Below the pieces are notes generated by a model, which had not been told where the DNA came from, did no database searches, and was given only the letters and a program-made list of their open reading frames with translations. Below, one piece after another: positions 10,939 to 21,850 of a DNA stretch of 64,000 bases; position 1 is the first letter of the stretch; the number at the start of each line of letters is the position of its first letter. Position numbers and translations under genes: made by a program. Origin of the DNA: Smithellaceae bacterium (GTDB taxonomy: Bacteria; Desulfobacterota; Syntrophia; Syntrophales; Smithellaceae); NCBI GenBank assembly GCA_963667845.2, contig CAXXVL010000002.1, positions 1,408,001-1,472,000 on the forward strand, written 5' to 3'.

Positions 10939-11937
10939 ATGAAGAATGATCGTCAACCGGAAGCTATCCTTACGCTCGCCAGACAATTCATGGAAAGCCG
11001 GATTCTTCTCACCGCGGCCGAGCTTAATCTTTTTACCTTGCTCGACGAAGAGCCATCAACCGCCGAAGGTCTGGCTGGCCGACTGCATGCCGATTTACGG
11101 GGTCTGACAATTCTTCTCGATGCTCTGGCCGCGATGGATTTGATTATCAAACAGGAAGACAATACCTATCTCGTGACAGTCGACGCCGCCGCTTTCCTGA
11201 GCGATAAGAGCCCGCGTTCGGTCCTGCCGATGGTCCTCCACGCGGTGCACCTTTGGGAAAGCTGGTCGGGCCTGACCGACAAAGTCAGGCCGGCACAAGC
11301 AACGGGAACGGACCCGTCCGCGGCGCGGAATGCCGGTGAACTCCAGGCCTTCATCGGGGCGATGCATGTGATCGGAGCGCCACTGGCGCAAAAGATTGTC
11401 ACGGCCGTCGGGCCGGGCAAGGCAAAAAACCTTATCGATATAGGCGGCGCCTCGGGGACTTATACAATCGCTTTTCTTCGGGCCGCTCCGGAAATGACGG
11501 CGACGCTTTTTGACAGGCCTGCGGTCATTCCCATCGCCCGCGAGCGATTGGCTGAAGCGGGAATGCTCAGCCGCGTCTGTCTTGTGGCCGGCGATTTTTA
11601 CCAAGATGAGCTGCCCGGCGGACACGATCTGGCGATGCTTTCCGCCATCATCCACCAAAACAGCCCGGCCCAAAACGTCGAACTGTTCCAAAAAGTGCAA
11701 CGCGCACTGGTATCGGGGGGACGGATGATCATCCGCGACCATGTCATGGACGCTCTTCGCACCCGGCCGAAAGCGGGGGCAATTTTTGCCGTCAATATGC
11801 TCGTGAATACGAAGGGCGGTTCCACGTATACCTTCGCTGAAATCAGAAAGGGCCTCGAAGAGGCCGGCTTTATAAAGGTGAGAATGCTGGGCGCAGGCGA
11901 GCAAATGGATGCGCTGGTCGAAGCCTTCAAACCGTGA
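10939..11937 (+). CDS. SAM-dependent O-methyltransferase with dimerisation domain
   Basis: LIDIGGASG, FDRP, AGDFY motifs. Confidence 0.85.
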   Translation: MKNDRQPEAILTLARQFMESRILLTAAELNLFTLLDEEPSTAEGLAGRLHADLRGLTILLDALAAMDLIIKQEDNTYLVTVDAAAFLSDKSPRSVLPMVLHAVHLWESWSGLTDKVRPAQATGTDPSAARNAGELQAFIGAMHVIGAPLAQKIVTAVGPGKAKNLIDIGGASGTYTIAFLRAAPEMTATLFDRPAVIPIARERLAEAGMLSRVCLVAGDFYQDELPGGHDLAMLSAIIHQNSPAQNVELFQKVQRALVSGGRMIIRDHVMDALRTRPKAGAIFAVNMLVNTKGGSTYTFAEIRKGLEEAGFIKVRMLGAGEQMDALVEAFKP

Positions 11938-12101
11938 TCCGCTGTCGGTGAGGCTGTGATGCGGTTAACGGGATCGGTAAACAAGTTTTCCTTTTTTATG
12001 CTTCCTTCATGACGAGGAAGTTTTGAATAAACTGAATGTCGTGTCACGGGATTCTTTTGACAGTGAATCATTAATGTATCTGATGGACGGAGGAGGAGCT
12101 T

Positions 12102-12737
12102 ATGAAGAAATTCGCGAAGGTTTTCTTGCTTGCGGCATTTTCAGCGATCATCGGCTGTGCATCGATGCCGCCTATTGAGATCAAACCCGTCACACCTAAC
12201 CTGAATATTGCGCAGGCGCACGTCAGGCCGCTCAAACTCGGCGTCGTGATCCAGGACCCCATGCCCTATTCGCTCTTTTACAAAGGGGAGGGCAGCTATA
12301 GGCGTGACATGACGGCCGATATGCGTGCGCAGGGATTGCTGCTCGAGCGTGATTTGTCCAAGATTACGTATGATACATTCTCCCAGGGATTCAAGCAGGT
12401 CGTGGTTCTGCGTGATCTGCCGGCGCCCGGCCAGTATGATGCCGTGGTCAATCTGAACATCGGGCAGATCCTGGCCAAAGAACATGTGATCATCACTGGC
12501 GAAACGTGCGATATCACGGCGGCCTGGACGATGTCGGTGCTGAATGGCCAGAACAGCGAGATTTTCAACACGAAGGGGATATCCCCGTCGCATAACTTCA
12601 AATGGAGCGCATTTAACCCGGGCCCCGGCTGGATCAGCGGGATCAACACGACGATGTCATTGATTCTCAGTGAATTGGCCGGCGAGTGGGGAACTACCCT
12701 TTATAAATTAGATATCCCGGGCGGTGCTGGGAGGTAA
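12102..12737 (+). CDS. Hypothetical lipoprotein
   Basis: Signal peptide with lipobox IIGC; RBS GGAGGAG; 3 nt upstream of next gene. Confidence 0.75.
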   Translation: MKKFAKVFLLAAFSAIIGCASMPPIEIKPVTPNLNIAQAHVRPLKLGVVIQDPMPYSLFYKGEGSYRRDMTADMRAQGLLLERDLSKITYDTFSQGFKQVVVLRDLPAPGQYDAVVNLNIGQILAKEHVIITGETCDITAAWTMSVLNGQNSEIFNTKGISPSHNFKWSAFNPGPGWISGINTTMSLILSELAGEWGTTLYKLDIPGGAGR

Positions 12738-12740
12738 TCT

Positions 12741-14174
12741 ATGAAATGGCGACTTGGATTTTTGACTCTACTGTTTGCCCTCGTCTGCGGATGTTTCCCG
12801 ACATCCAAAGCCCCCATTGTGATACCCGTTTCCGATCTTGTCCCGTCTGCATCCACGGGTGTCATGGCGAGAGAGCCCGCTTTTACGGTTGTGCTGGACA
12901 GGTTCCGTGATGAGCGGTCCAACCGGAGCATTCTCGGTCAGTATGATAACCTCGGCAAAGGGGGATTCGCCGGAACTGAAACGATTACGTCCGACCGCGA
13001 CATCACCGAAGTGTTTGAAGACGTGGTGAAGAAGTCCCTTGAGCGCCGGGGAATCCATCAGGGGCCTTCTCCCTTCATCCTGAGGGGAGTCATCAGGAAA
13101 GCGAATGTCGGAGCCTCACCGGACTCTCAAACCATCAAAGCGGAGGTCTTCCTGGAATTGACCGTCATCAATTCCAATACCGGCGCCTACCTCTGGAGAA
13201 AAGCTTATCTGGGGCAGGCAAGCGGGCTTGATCCCAAACTGACGCTGGCGCACGCTTTTCAGGATCTGGCCCATGTTGTCGACGCGGACGACAGTCTTCT
13301 GGTGCTCAGGCAGGCCTTTCTGGCGGCAGGCGGAAAGGTGCCGGACGCTACAGGATCTCCCCACGCTCTGGCTCAGTCCCGAAAGGAAGCCATCTCCGAT
13401 GTTGACGAACTTCCTCATGCAAAATTGCAATCAAACAAGAACGCCTATGCCGTCATCATCGGCATTGAACAGTACCGGCAGAAGCTTCCGCCGGCCGATT
13501 TTGCGACACATGACGCTCAGATTGTGGCGGAATATCTCCTGAAGGTTATGGGATATCCCGCAGAGAATGTTATCGTCCTCCTCAATGACAAGGCGTCTAA
13601 AAGCGATTTCGATAAATATCTGGGCAGGTGGCTGCAAAACAATGTTGAAAGAGGCAGCTCCGTTTTCGTCTACTATTCCGGACACGGTGCACCGAATCCG
13701 AATACGGGGGACGCCTATCTTGTGCCTTACGACGGCGACCCGTCGTTCATCGAAGACACGGGATATTCGCTCAAGAGGCTCTATGAGCAGCTCGGCAGGC
13801 TGCCCGCGAGAGAAATTGTTGTGGCGCTCGATTCCTGTTTTTCCGGCGCCGGCGGGCGGTCCGTTCTGGCTAAAGGTGCGCGGCCGCTCGTCATGAATCT
13901 GCAAAGCGCTTTCGTGATCCCCGGAAATGTAACCGTTATGGCGGCGGCAGCGAGCAATCAAATCAGCTCGACCTATCAGGAAAAGAGCCACGGACTCTTC
14001 ACCTATTTTATGCTCAAAGGAATCAAGGAGGAGGGTGTGGTAAAATCCGACGGCGCAATAGCCGTTGGCGATTTGTATGCTTATATGAAGCCCCAGGTGG
14101 AGCGAATTGCCAGGAAACAATATAACAACGCGCAGACGCCTCAACTGATCCGGCGGCGGACGGGAAATAATTAA
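12741..14174 (+). CDS. Caspase-like (peptidase C14) protease with N-terminal lipoprotein domain
   Basis: YAVIIGIEQY, YSGHG and DSCFSG catalytic His/Cys motifs, HGLFTY; lipobox-like VCGC. Confidence 0.85.
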   Translation: MKWRLGFLTLLFALVCGCFPTSKAPIVIPVSDLVPSASTGVMAREPAFTVVLDRFRDERSNRSILGQYDNLGKGGFAGTETITSDRDITEVFEDVVKKSLERRGIHQGPSPFILRGVIRKANVGASPDSQTIKAEVFLELTVINSNTGAYLWRKAYLGQASGLDPKLTLAHAFQDLAHVVDADDSLLVLRQAFLAAGGKVPDATGSPHALAQSRKEAISDVDELPHAKLQSNKNAYAVIIGIEQYRQKLPPADFATHDAQIVAEYLLKVMGYPAENVIVLLNDKASKSDFDKYLGRWLQNNVERGSSVFVYYSGHGAPNPNTGDAYLVPYDGDPSFIEDTGYSLKRLYEQLGRLPAREIVVALDSCFSGAGGRSVLAKGARPLVMNLQSAFVIPGNVTVMAAAASNQISSTYQEKSHGLFTYFMLKGIKEEGVVKSDGAIAVGDLYAYMKPQVERIARKQYNNAQTPQLIRRRTGNN

Positions 14175-14236
14175 TTTCCGCCTTGGTAAGGCGGTCGACG
14201 CGAGGTGTTTGCAGATTGGCCGCGAGGAAAGCGGCG

Positions 14237-15211
14237 TTAAATTTTTCGGGAAAGAATGTATTCGGCCACGGCAAACAGGTGTTCTTTTTCAGTTGAGTCG
14301 GGGAAAACCGCCAGTCCGTCCTTTGCCTCGCTCACGAATTTTTCCGCGCGAGCAAGTGAATACTCAATGCCTCCGGAGGTCCGGACCAGGGCAAAAATAT
14401 TCCGGACGGCATCAGGCGTCAGTGCCTTCTCCTCGATGGCTCCCTTGATCATGTCGCGTTGGTTCTGGCTGCATGTCGCGAGTGTGTAGATAAGCGGCAG
14501 CGTCATCTTGCCTTCTTCGAGGTCCTTGCCGATGGATTTTCCGAAATCTTCTTCCCGGGCCATATAGTCGAGTGTATCGTCCGTGATCTGAAATGCCATG
14601 CCGATTTTATAACCGTATTGTTCAAGGGCTTCGGTCTGCGCAGGCGCTACGCCGCCCAGGACCGCCCCGCTTCCGCACGCGGCGGAAATGAGCACGGCGG
14701 TCTTCTTTTCAACGATGCTCAAATACTCCGCCTCTGATAGAGATGTATCTCCGCATTTCATGAGTTGAAAGACTTCGCCCTCCGACATGATGTTCGTCAT
14801 CTTCGACATGACCTGAACAATCTTGATGTCGCCGATTTCGGACAAAAGCTTGAAGGCTTTGGAGTACAGAAAATCGCCGACCAGGACGCTTGCGGCGTTG
14901 CCCCAGACGTTGTTGGCCGACGTCTTGCCGCGGCGGATGACCGCTTCGTCGATGACATCGTCATGGAGGAGGCTTGCCGTGTGAATGAATTCGATGGCGC
15001 CCGCGAGGGGGAAACGCGACTCACCCGAATAACCGCACAGACGCGACGAGATCAGATGCAAAAGAGGGCGGAAACGTTTTCCGCCGCTGTCGATCAGGTG
15101 ATGGGCGACTTCGGGGATCAATTTGACGTCGGAGGTGATATAGCGGTCCAGATGAACTTCGACCTGGCTCATTTCGCTGCGATAGGCTGAGAAAACATCG
15201 GCAATTTGCAT
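14237..15211 (-). CDS. Polyprenyl diphosphate synthase
   Basis: GGKRFRP, LHDDVID, KKTA, FQITDD, DLEEGK. Confidence 0.92.
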   Translation of the reverse strand: MQIADVFSAYRSEMSQVEVHLDRYITSDVKLIPEVAHHLIDSGGKRFRPLLHLISSRLCGYSGESRFPLAGAIEFIHTASLLHDDVIDEAVIRRGKTSANNVWGNAASVLVGDFLYSKAFKLLSEIGDIKIVQVMSKMTNIMSEGEVFQLMKCGDTSLSEAEYLSIVEKKTAVLISAACGSGAVLGGVAPAQTEALEQYGYKIGMAFQITDDTLDYMAREEDFGKSIGKDLEEGKMTLPLIYTLATCSQNQRDMIKGAIEEKALTPDAVRNIFALVRTSGGIEYSLARAEKFVSEAKDGLAVFPDSTEKEHLFAVAEYILSRKI

Positions 15212-15279
15212 GAACGTTCTGACCTCGAACAGATTTGAGGGGACTATATTGGAAATGACGGATACTTGTCAAATGAGTT

Positions 15280-16629
15280 TTAAGTAATTTCCCCGAACAG
15301 ATCATAATGATCGGCGTCGGTGATGGTGCAATGGATAAAATCGCCGATCTTGGCGCCGGCATCCTTTATATAAGTGACGCCGTCGATTTCCGGGGCCTGC
15401 CTCCGGCAGCGTCCGACAAAGGCATACCCGTCACGGTCGCTCTTTTCTTCGATCAACACGTCCTGAATCGTCCCGATCAATTTCCGGTTGATGGCATGAG
15501 AAATATCGGCCTGTTCGCTCATGATTGATTCACGGCGACGTTCCTTTTCTTTTTCTGAAATCCGTGAAGGCAGTGCCGCCGCGGCAGTGCCCTCCTCCCG
15601 GGAATAGGTAAAAACACCCAGATGATCAAAGTTTGTCTTGCGGACAAAGTCGATGAGGTGTTCGAACCGCTTTGGCGTCTCTCCCGGAAAACCGACAATC
15701 AGAGATGTGCGCAGAGCAACGTCGGGCATGATGCCTCGCGCCTGACGGATGATTTCCTTTATCCGGTCTGATGAAACCTTGCGGTTCATGGCGGCAAGGA
15801 TCGTATCGTCGATATGCTGAACCGGTAGATCGATGTAGCGGCAAATATTTTTGTGGTTGGCCATGGCTTCCAGAACCTCCGTCGTCATGTGCGCCGGATG
15901 CGCATAAAGCAGCCGCAGCCAGCGAAGGCCCGAGAGTGAGGCCATGTCCGTGAGAAGTCGGGAAAGTTTCGGGCGATCCTGCAAATCCCGGCCGTAAGCT
16001 GTTGTATCCTGGCCGATGACGATAATTTCTTTGACGCCCCGGGCGATCAGATTTTCAGCTTCCCGCAAAATGTCATCGGGCCTTCGGCTGCGCGCCTGGC
16101 CGCGGATCGACGGAATCGCGCAGTAGGTGCAGCAGTTGGAGCAGCCGTCCGAGATTTTAAGGTAAGCGGTGGAAGATGCGGAGGATAAAATCCGTTCATG
16201 CCGGGCCGTCATCAAAAAATCCGGTTTAGAAAGGACGGCGGCACGGCGTGGTTTCAGCGCGTTCAAGTTCTGCAGATGCGAGGCGACATTTCCGACTTCG
16301 CCTGTGCCGATGAATAAATCGACTTCCGGAATTTCTTTGAACAGTTCCTTCCCGTAACGCTGGGCGAGACAGCCGGCGACCGCCAGCTTCAGCTCGGGAC
16401 GGTGTTTCTTTTTTTCGTGCGCCAGGGTCAGGATGATTTCCAGGGCTTCTTCCTTGGCCGGCTGGATGAAGCCGCAGGTATTGACGATGATGACATCCGC
16501 GTTTTGAGGATCTTCAACAAGTGTCATGCCCGATGCGTGGGCCAGACCGCCCATGACTTCCGAATCAATGAGATTCTTGGAACAGCCTAAAGAAATGATG
16601 TGCAGCTTTCCGGGATGGTTCTTTTTCAC
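15280..16629 (-). CDS. rimO: Ribosomal protein S12 methylthiotransferase
   Basis: SLGCSKNLIDSE, NTCGFI, radical SAM CSNCCTYC, APEIDG in TRAM region. Confidence 0.92.
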   Translation of the reverse strand: MKKNHPGKLHIISLGCSKNLIDSEVMGGLAHASGMTLVEDPQNADVIIVNTCGFIQPAKEEALEIILTLAHEKKKHRPELKLAVAGCLAQRYGKELFKEIPEVDLFIGTGEVGNVASHLQNLNALKPRRAAVLSKPDFLMTARHERILSSASSTAYLKISDGCSNCCTYCAIPSIRGQARSRRPDDILREAENLIARGVKEIIVIGQDTTAYGRDLQDRPKLSRLLTDMASLSGLRWLRLLYAHPAHMTTEVLEAMANHKNICRYIDLPVQHIDDTILAAMNRKVSSDRIKEIIRQARGIMPDVALRTSLIVGFPGETPKRFEHLIDFVRKTNFDHLGVFTYSREEGTAAAALPSRISEKEKERRRESIMSEQADISHAINRKLIGTIQDVLIEEKSDRDGYAFVGRCRRQAPEIDGVTYIKDAGAKIGDFIHCTITDADHYDLFGEIT

Positions 16630-18875
16630 TGCGGCAGTTTCCTGATCAGGACTTTACGCGGTTTTGCGCCGTCGGAGGGGCCGACGATGCCTTCGCGTTC
16701 CATTTGTTCAATCATGCGGGCGGCGCGGTTATAACCGATCTTCATATAGCGCTGGACCAGTGAAATCGAAGCCTGCCCCAATTCGCCGACCAGCGCGACG
16801 GCTTCGTCATATTTTTCATCGGACCCGTCTTCTTCATGCTGGGTCTGCGAGGACTCGAATTGAAATTTTTCGATCGATGCGTCATAAGTCGGCTGGGCCT
16901 GCATTTTGATGAAATCAACGATGCGCGATATTTCGGAATCAGACAGGTAGGCACCGTGGATGCGGGTGAGCTTGGATGTGCCGGGCGGAATGAAAAGCAT
17001 ATCGCCCGCGCCCAGAAGCAGTTCGGCCCCCGGTTGGTCAATAATGGTGCGTGAGTCAATTTTGGATGAAACTTTAAACGAGATGCGCGTGGGGAAGTTG
17101 GCCTTGATGAGCCCCGTGATGACGTCCACGGACGGGCGCTGCGTCGCGAGGATCAGGTGAATGCCGGCCGCGCGCGCCATCTGGGCGAGCCTCGTCAGCG
17201 ATTCTTCCACATCCCGGGAGGCGACCATCATCAGGTCGGCCAGTTCATCGATAATGACGACAATGTAAGGAAGCCGGACATGCTGAAAGGGCGGTGCGCT
17301 TTTTGCCGAATCTTCCGCCGTCTCCGAGCCGGGCAGGGTCTCCGCCCGGAGTTCTTTAACGGGCGCGGCAGGCTTACTTTTGGCGCCGGTGAGGAGCATT
17401 TCATTATAGGCATCGATGCTCTTCACGCCCAGTGCGCTGATGACCCGGTACCGGCGTTCCATCTCTTCCACCGTCCAGCGCAGCACCTGCGAGGCTTTCT
17501 TGGGATCCACCACGACCGGATGCATCAGGTGCGGAATGCCTTCATAGGAGGACAACTCGAGCCGTTTGGGATCGACCATCAGAAATTTGACATCGTCGGG
17601 CTGCGCCTTGAACAGGATGCTGCAGATCATGGCGTTGAGCGCCACGCTTTTACCCGACCCGGTGGTTCCGGCAATCAGCAGGTGCGGCATTTTGGTCAGA
17701 TCCGCGATCACCGGCGTGCCCACAAAATCAACGCCCAGTGCGATCGGCAGACGCAGAGACGAGTTCGTAAACGCGTCATTGTTCAGAACATCCTTCAGGA
17801 AAACCGGATCGCGTTTGAGGTTGGGAATTTCGATGCCGATGACGGACTTGCCGGGAATCGGTGCCAGGATGCGGATACTGGGGGCCATCAGCGCCAGCGC
17901 CAGATCGTCGGCCAGCGTGGTGATGCGGTTGATCTTGACACCGGGTGCGGGTTCAAGTTCATACATGGTAATGACGGGACCGGGCATCACTTCTACGACG
18001 CGGGCCTCCACGCCGAAATCCGCCAGTTTCTTTTCCAGGATGCGCGAATTCGTTATCAGGTGGTCGCGTTTGACGCGCGCGTCTTTCTGGGGCGGCTCTT
18101 CGAGCAGCGTGAACGGGGGCAATTGGAACTTGCCGTCGGATTTAAGCTTGGAAAAATCGAAATGCGTCTGCTCGATTTTTTTCGGTTTCGCTTTCCTGGG
18201 AGCCATTGTCTGCTCGGACTCTTCCATAATGGGCGGCAAAGTCTTTTCGATCTTCAGGCGGGAGAAGAAGCGGGTAAAAAAAGACGTGAAGATGTTCTTG
18301 AGGGATAAAAGCCCCTTTTGCACCCACTTTGAAAATCTTTCCGTTACCGACACGAGAGAAAATTCGACGATAAAGAACAGAGAGACGATGAAAATGAAGA
18401 CCAGAATAATATACGTGCCCGCCAGATTGAAATAACCGAGCAGGAATCGGACAATGCCCGCGCCCGCCAATCCGCCCGCCCGGAGCTTTTCTGCGTGGAC
18501 GGTGATGCCCCCTTCAATCAGCGCGCCGAATAAGCCGGCGCACGAAAGTGTAAAAAAAATAAATCCGATGATCCGCTGGGCATCCAGAGTAAAAGCAGAG
18601 CGCAGGAAATATTGAAACGCACAGGCCAGGAGCGCCAGGGGGAGAATAAAGGAGGCAATGCCCAGCAGGCGGATGATCGAATCAGCCGTAAAAGAACCGA
18701 ATTTGCCGGTGAGATTGTGCGTCGGTGATCCATCGGCTACGAAGCGGGTGAAAGAAGGGTCCTGCGGCGAATAGGAAAAAAGGCACAGCAGGAGAAACAC
18801 GGCCACGGCCAGGCAGATGACGCCTTTAATCTCGCGGATTCGTTTATGAGGATGGTCCTGAGAGGTTTTTTCCAT
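16626..18875 (-). CDS. ftsK: DNA translocase FtsK
   Basis: N-terminal TM segments, PHLLIAGTTGSGKS, IDELADLM, ATQRPSVDV, IGYNRAAR gamma domain. Confidence 0.95.
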   Translation of the reverse strand: MEKTSQDHPHKRIREIKGVICLAVAVFLLLCLFSYSPQDPSFTRFVADGSPTHNLTGKFGSFTADSIIRLLGIASFILPLALLACAFQYFLRSAFTLDAQRIIGFIFFTLSCAGLFGALIEGGITVHAEKLRAGGLAGAGIVRFLLGYFNLAGTYIILVFIFIVSLFFIVEFSLVSVTERFSKWVQKGLLSLKNIFTSFFTRFFSRLKIEKTLPPIMEESEQTMAPRKAKPKKIEQTHFDFSKLKSDGKFQLPPFTLLEEPPQKDARVKRDHLITNSRILEKKLADFGVEARVVEVMPGPVITMYELEPAPGVKINRITTLADDLALALMAPSIRILAPIPGKSVIGIEIPNLKRDPVFLKDVLNNDAFTNSSLRLPIALGVDFVGTPVIADLTKMPHLLIAGTTGSGKSVALNAMICSILFKAQPDDVKFLMVDPKRLELSSYEGIPHLMHPVVVDPKKASQVLRWTVEEMERRYRVISALGVKSIDAYNEMLLTGAKSKPAAPVKELRAETLPGSETAEDSAKSAPPFQHVRLPYIVVIIDELADLMMVASRDVEESLTRLAQMARAAGIHLILATQRPSVDVITGLIKANFPTRISFKVSSKIDSRTIIDQPGAELLLGAGDMLFIPPGTSKLTRIHGAYLSDSEISRIVDFIKMQAQPTYDASIEKFQFESSQTQHEEDGSDEKYDEAVALVGELGQASISLVQRYMKIGYNRAARMIEQMEREGIVGPSDGAKPRKVLIRKLPQ

Positions 18876-19642
18876 TAGAGTGCCGTCTTCATTTCCGGCT
18901 GGACGTCTTTGATGCTTGCCGCGCCTGCTTCCCGATAAGCGTCATAATTCCTGATGATGACCTGTCGGACTCTATTAATCAGTTCCTGCCGGTTTTCCAA
19001 CGTACAGTCTTTTGTGGAGATCGGTTTATCGATCACCAGCTTTATCTTTCCCGGATTGATTTTGAGTGAGCGCTTCTGCATGATGTTGCCGCTGCCGATG
19101 ATGGTAATCGGGACAATAGGCACGCCGGACTGAATGGCCAGGTAGAAAGTTCCCTGTTTGAAAGCTTTGATCTCGCCGTCCCGGCTTCTCGTGCCTTCAG
19201 GGAAGGTCATGACCGATTTGCCCTGGCGGATTCTGAGCGCGGCAAGGTCCAGGCTCTGCATGGCCTTTTCATGATTTTGCCGGTCGATTTCAATGTAGCC
19301 CGCGCCCCTCATGGCCCGGCCGAAGACGGGAATCGCAAACAATTCTTTTTTCGCAATCCAGCGAAACTGACCGGGAACATAGGCCAGGGTAATCAGGATA
19401 TCAAAATCGCTTTGATGGTTGGCCATGAATACCTGCGGCCTGCTCTTCAGGATATTTTCCTTGCCGATGACTTCAACCTTTGTGTTGCAGATCGCAAGTA
19501 GAATCCTGCCCCAGAGGTTGGCGAGTTTATGAACGTTATTTTCCGCGTTGGCAAAAAAGGAAAAAACGACAGCCCAGAACGAGAGAAATGCCGTAATCGC
19601 TACGCCTAATGTCACTAAGAGTGCCGAACGAATCATCTGCAT
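18875..19642 (-). CDS. plsC: 1-acyl-sn-glycerol-3-phosphate acyltransferase
   Basis: NHQSDFD, AKKEL, FPEGTRS. Confidence 0.88.
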   Translation of the reverse strand: MQMIRSALLVTLGVAITAFLSFWAVVFSFFANAENNVHKLANLWGRILLAICNTKVEVIGKENILKSRPQVFMANHQSDFDILITLAYVPGQFRWIAKKELFAIPVFGRAMRGAGYIEIDRQNHEKAMQSLDLAALRIRQGKSVMTFPEGTRSRDGEIKAFKQGTFYLAIQSGVPIVPITIIGSGNIMQKRSLKINPGKIKLVIDKPISTKDCTLENRQELINRVRQVIIRNYDAYREAGAASIKDVQPEMKTAL

Positions 19643-20005
19643 TTATCCCTTGATCAGATTACTTGAGACTGAAGATGCATTTTTTACTTGATAATGTAGT
19701 TGAAGTCAACAGTGAATTACGGTCGTTGCGCACTCATTTTTAAGCGCGCAGAAAGGACCTCGGAAAGAGGTTTTTGGTGACTGCTGGTCACGGCGTAATG
19801 CAGGCAGGCTCTGTGATTCAGGCTCCTTGCGGATTTGCGAAAATTAACGAGAAAAAAGTTTTTTTCCCTTGACAAAAAGGTGTCGCTCATTTATGAACGC
19901 AACCAACGTTGGATATAATAAGCATGAATAAATTGTACGCCGCCTCACCTCTGCTGACATTGAAGTGAGTGTGCGGGGCAATGCCGATCGGGCGATGGAG
20001 TCTAA

Positions 20006-20875
20006 ATGGAACTATTTTTACAGCAAGTATTTAATGGAATCATGTTGGGCAGTACGTACGCCATCGTCGCGCTTGGCTTGACAATGGTGTTCGGCATTCT
20101 GCACGTGCCGAACTTTGCTCATGGGCAGATGTACATGCTCGGTGCCTATGTCTGTTTCTTTCTGGTCACGATATTCGGCTTCGCCTATTGGCCGGCGCTG
20201 GCATTATCGGCGATCGTCTTGGCGCTGGCCGGTGTCGTTTTGGAATTTCTGGTTTTCAAGCCGGTGCGCAATGCGGGAGGCATTACCCCTTTTATCTCTG
20301 CATTGGGCGCGTTGATCATATTGGAAAATGCGGTCGTTGTTTTATGGGGACCCGAAGGTCACCGCATTCCGAATCCCTATCCCGGGATTATCGACGTGCT
20401 GGGAATCACAATGTCCACGCAGCGTCTGCTGGTCATCGGAGTTGCGATCGGTATGATCGTGTTGCTCCAACTTTTCATTAAGAAGACAACACTGGGCAGC
20501 ACCATCGAAGCAGTTGCCCAGAATAAAGAAGGCGCCACGCTTGTCGGCATTAACGTCAACAAGGTCTCCGCCCTCACGTTTGCTATTTCGACAGCGTTGG
20601 CTGCGGTCGCCGCCTGCCTGGTCGCACCCATTTTTATGATATCACCCAGCATGGGATCGCTGGTGGGCATGAAGGCATTCGTTATCGTGATCCTCGGGGG
20701 GTTAGGCAGTATTCCCGGGGCGATTGTCGGCGGCTTGATTTTAGGTTTGATTGAAGCTATCGGCGGCGGATATTTTTCGGCCGCCTACAAAGACGTGTTT
20801 GGTTTCGGCGCGCTGGTGCTGATCCTCGCCATAAGGCCGACGGGCTTGTTCGGGAAGGAGATTAAGGGCAGATGA
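20006..20875 (+). CDS. livH: Branched-chain amino acid ABC transporter permease (LivH-like)
   Basis: NFAHG, LGGLGSIPGA, RPTGLFG; hydrophobic. Confidence 0.88.
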   Translation: MELFLQQVFNGIMLGSTYAIVALGLTMVFGILHVPNFAHGQMYMLGAYVCFFLVTIFGFAYWPALALSAIVLALAGVVLEFLVFKPVRNAGGITPFISALGALIILENAVVVLWGPEGHRIPNPYPGIIDVLGITMSTQRLLVIGVAIGMIVLLQLFIKKTTLGSTIEAVAQNKEGATLVGINVNKVSALTFAISTALAAVAACLVAPIFMISPSMGSLVGMKAFVIVILGGLGSIPGAIVGGLILGLIEAIGGGYFSAAYKDVFGFGALVLILAIRPTGLFGKEIKGR

Positions 20876-21849
20876 TGAAGTGGTTGAAGACGAATTGGTT
20901 TTATCTGGTTGTTCTGATTATAGCCCTGGTTCTGCCCCTCTTTATCACGAACCGGTATTATGCTCAGGTGATCACCATGAGTTGCCTGTTTGCGATCGGC
21001 GCTCTGAGTATGAATCTCATTCTGGGCTACACCGGCCAGATGTCGCTGGCGCACGGCGGCTTTTTTGCCATCGGTGCATACGGGGTGGCGATTTTAACGT
21101 ACAACATGGGTTGGAATTTCTGGCTGGCCTTGCCGGTGTCGGCCCTGTTGTCGGCATTCATAGGGCTCCTGGTCGGCATGCCGGCGCTACGCACCCGGGG
21201 ATCATACTTTGCCATTACGACGATGTGCCTGGGAGAAATTATTTATCTGATTGCGGGCAACTGGATGGAGCTGACGGGAGGCCACAACGGTATCGTGGGA
21301 ATTCCGGTCCCCAGCCCCATTGCTATTCCGGGCCTAAGCCCAATCAATTTCCAATCTCAGGTGGCGCAATACTATCTGGTGTTATTCTTCCTGCTCTTGA
21401 CCATATTCGTTATGCATCGCCTGGTCAAAGCATTACGGGGCTTGACCTTTCTGGCAACAGCCATTAATGAAGATCTGGCGGAGGCAGTGGGAATCAATAC
21501 TTTCCGCACCAAACTGCTTTCCTTCATCGTAGCCAATTTTTTCGTCGGGCTGGCCGGAGGCATTTATGCCAGCCTGATCGGCAGCATCTCCCCGTCGGTT
21601 GCCTCGATCGGCATGACCTTCAACTTCCTGATGTACGTGCTTCTCGGAGGCATTACAACGCTGGCGGGACCGATTGTCGGTGCCTTTATCATTCCCATTC
21701 TCCTCGAATATCTGCAGTTCCTGCAGGATTATCAGATGATTCTTTTCGGATTCCTGCTGATTGTCGTGATTATGTACTTCCCGACTGGTTTTATGGGATT
21801 GTTTGCGAAGGTACGTGAGAAGATTCAGAAATCAAAGGTGGGGGCATAA
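20872..21849 (+). CDS. livM: Branched-chain amino acid ABC transporter permease (LivM-like)
   Basis: GYTGQMSLAHGGF, RGSYFAI, LTGGHNG. Confidence 0.88.
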   Translation: MMKWLKTNWFYLVVLIIALVLPLFITNRYYAQVITMSCLFAIGALSMNLILGYTGQMSLAHGGFFAIGAYGVAILTYNMGWNFWLALPVSALLSAFIGLLVGMPALRTRGSYFAITTMCLGEIIYLIAGNWMELTGGHNGIVGIPVPSPIAIPGLSPINFQSQVAQYYLVLFFLLLTIFVMHRLVKALRGLTFLATAINEDLAEAVGINTFRTKLLSFIVANFFVGLAGGIYASLIGSISPSVASIGMTFNFLMYVLLGGITTLAGPIVGAFIIPILLEYLQFLQDYQMILFGFLLIVVIMYFPTGFMGLFAKVREKIQKSKVGA

Positions 21850-21850
21850 C

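Noticed and set aside
17157..18435. Long plus-strand ORFs (383 and 289 aa) within ftsK
   Set aside because: Antisense to a well-conserved gene, typical of GC-rich codon bias; the same applies to 43437-44519 and 61277-62575.
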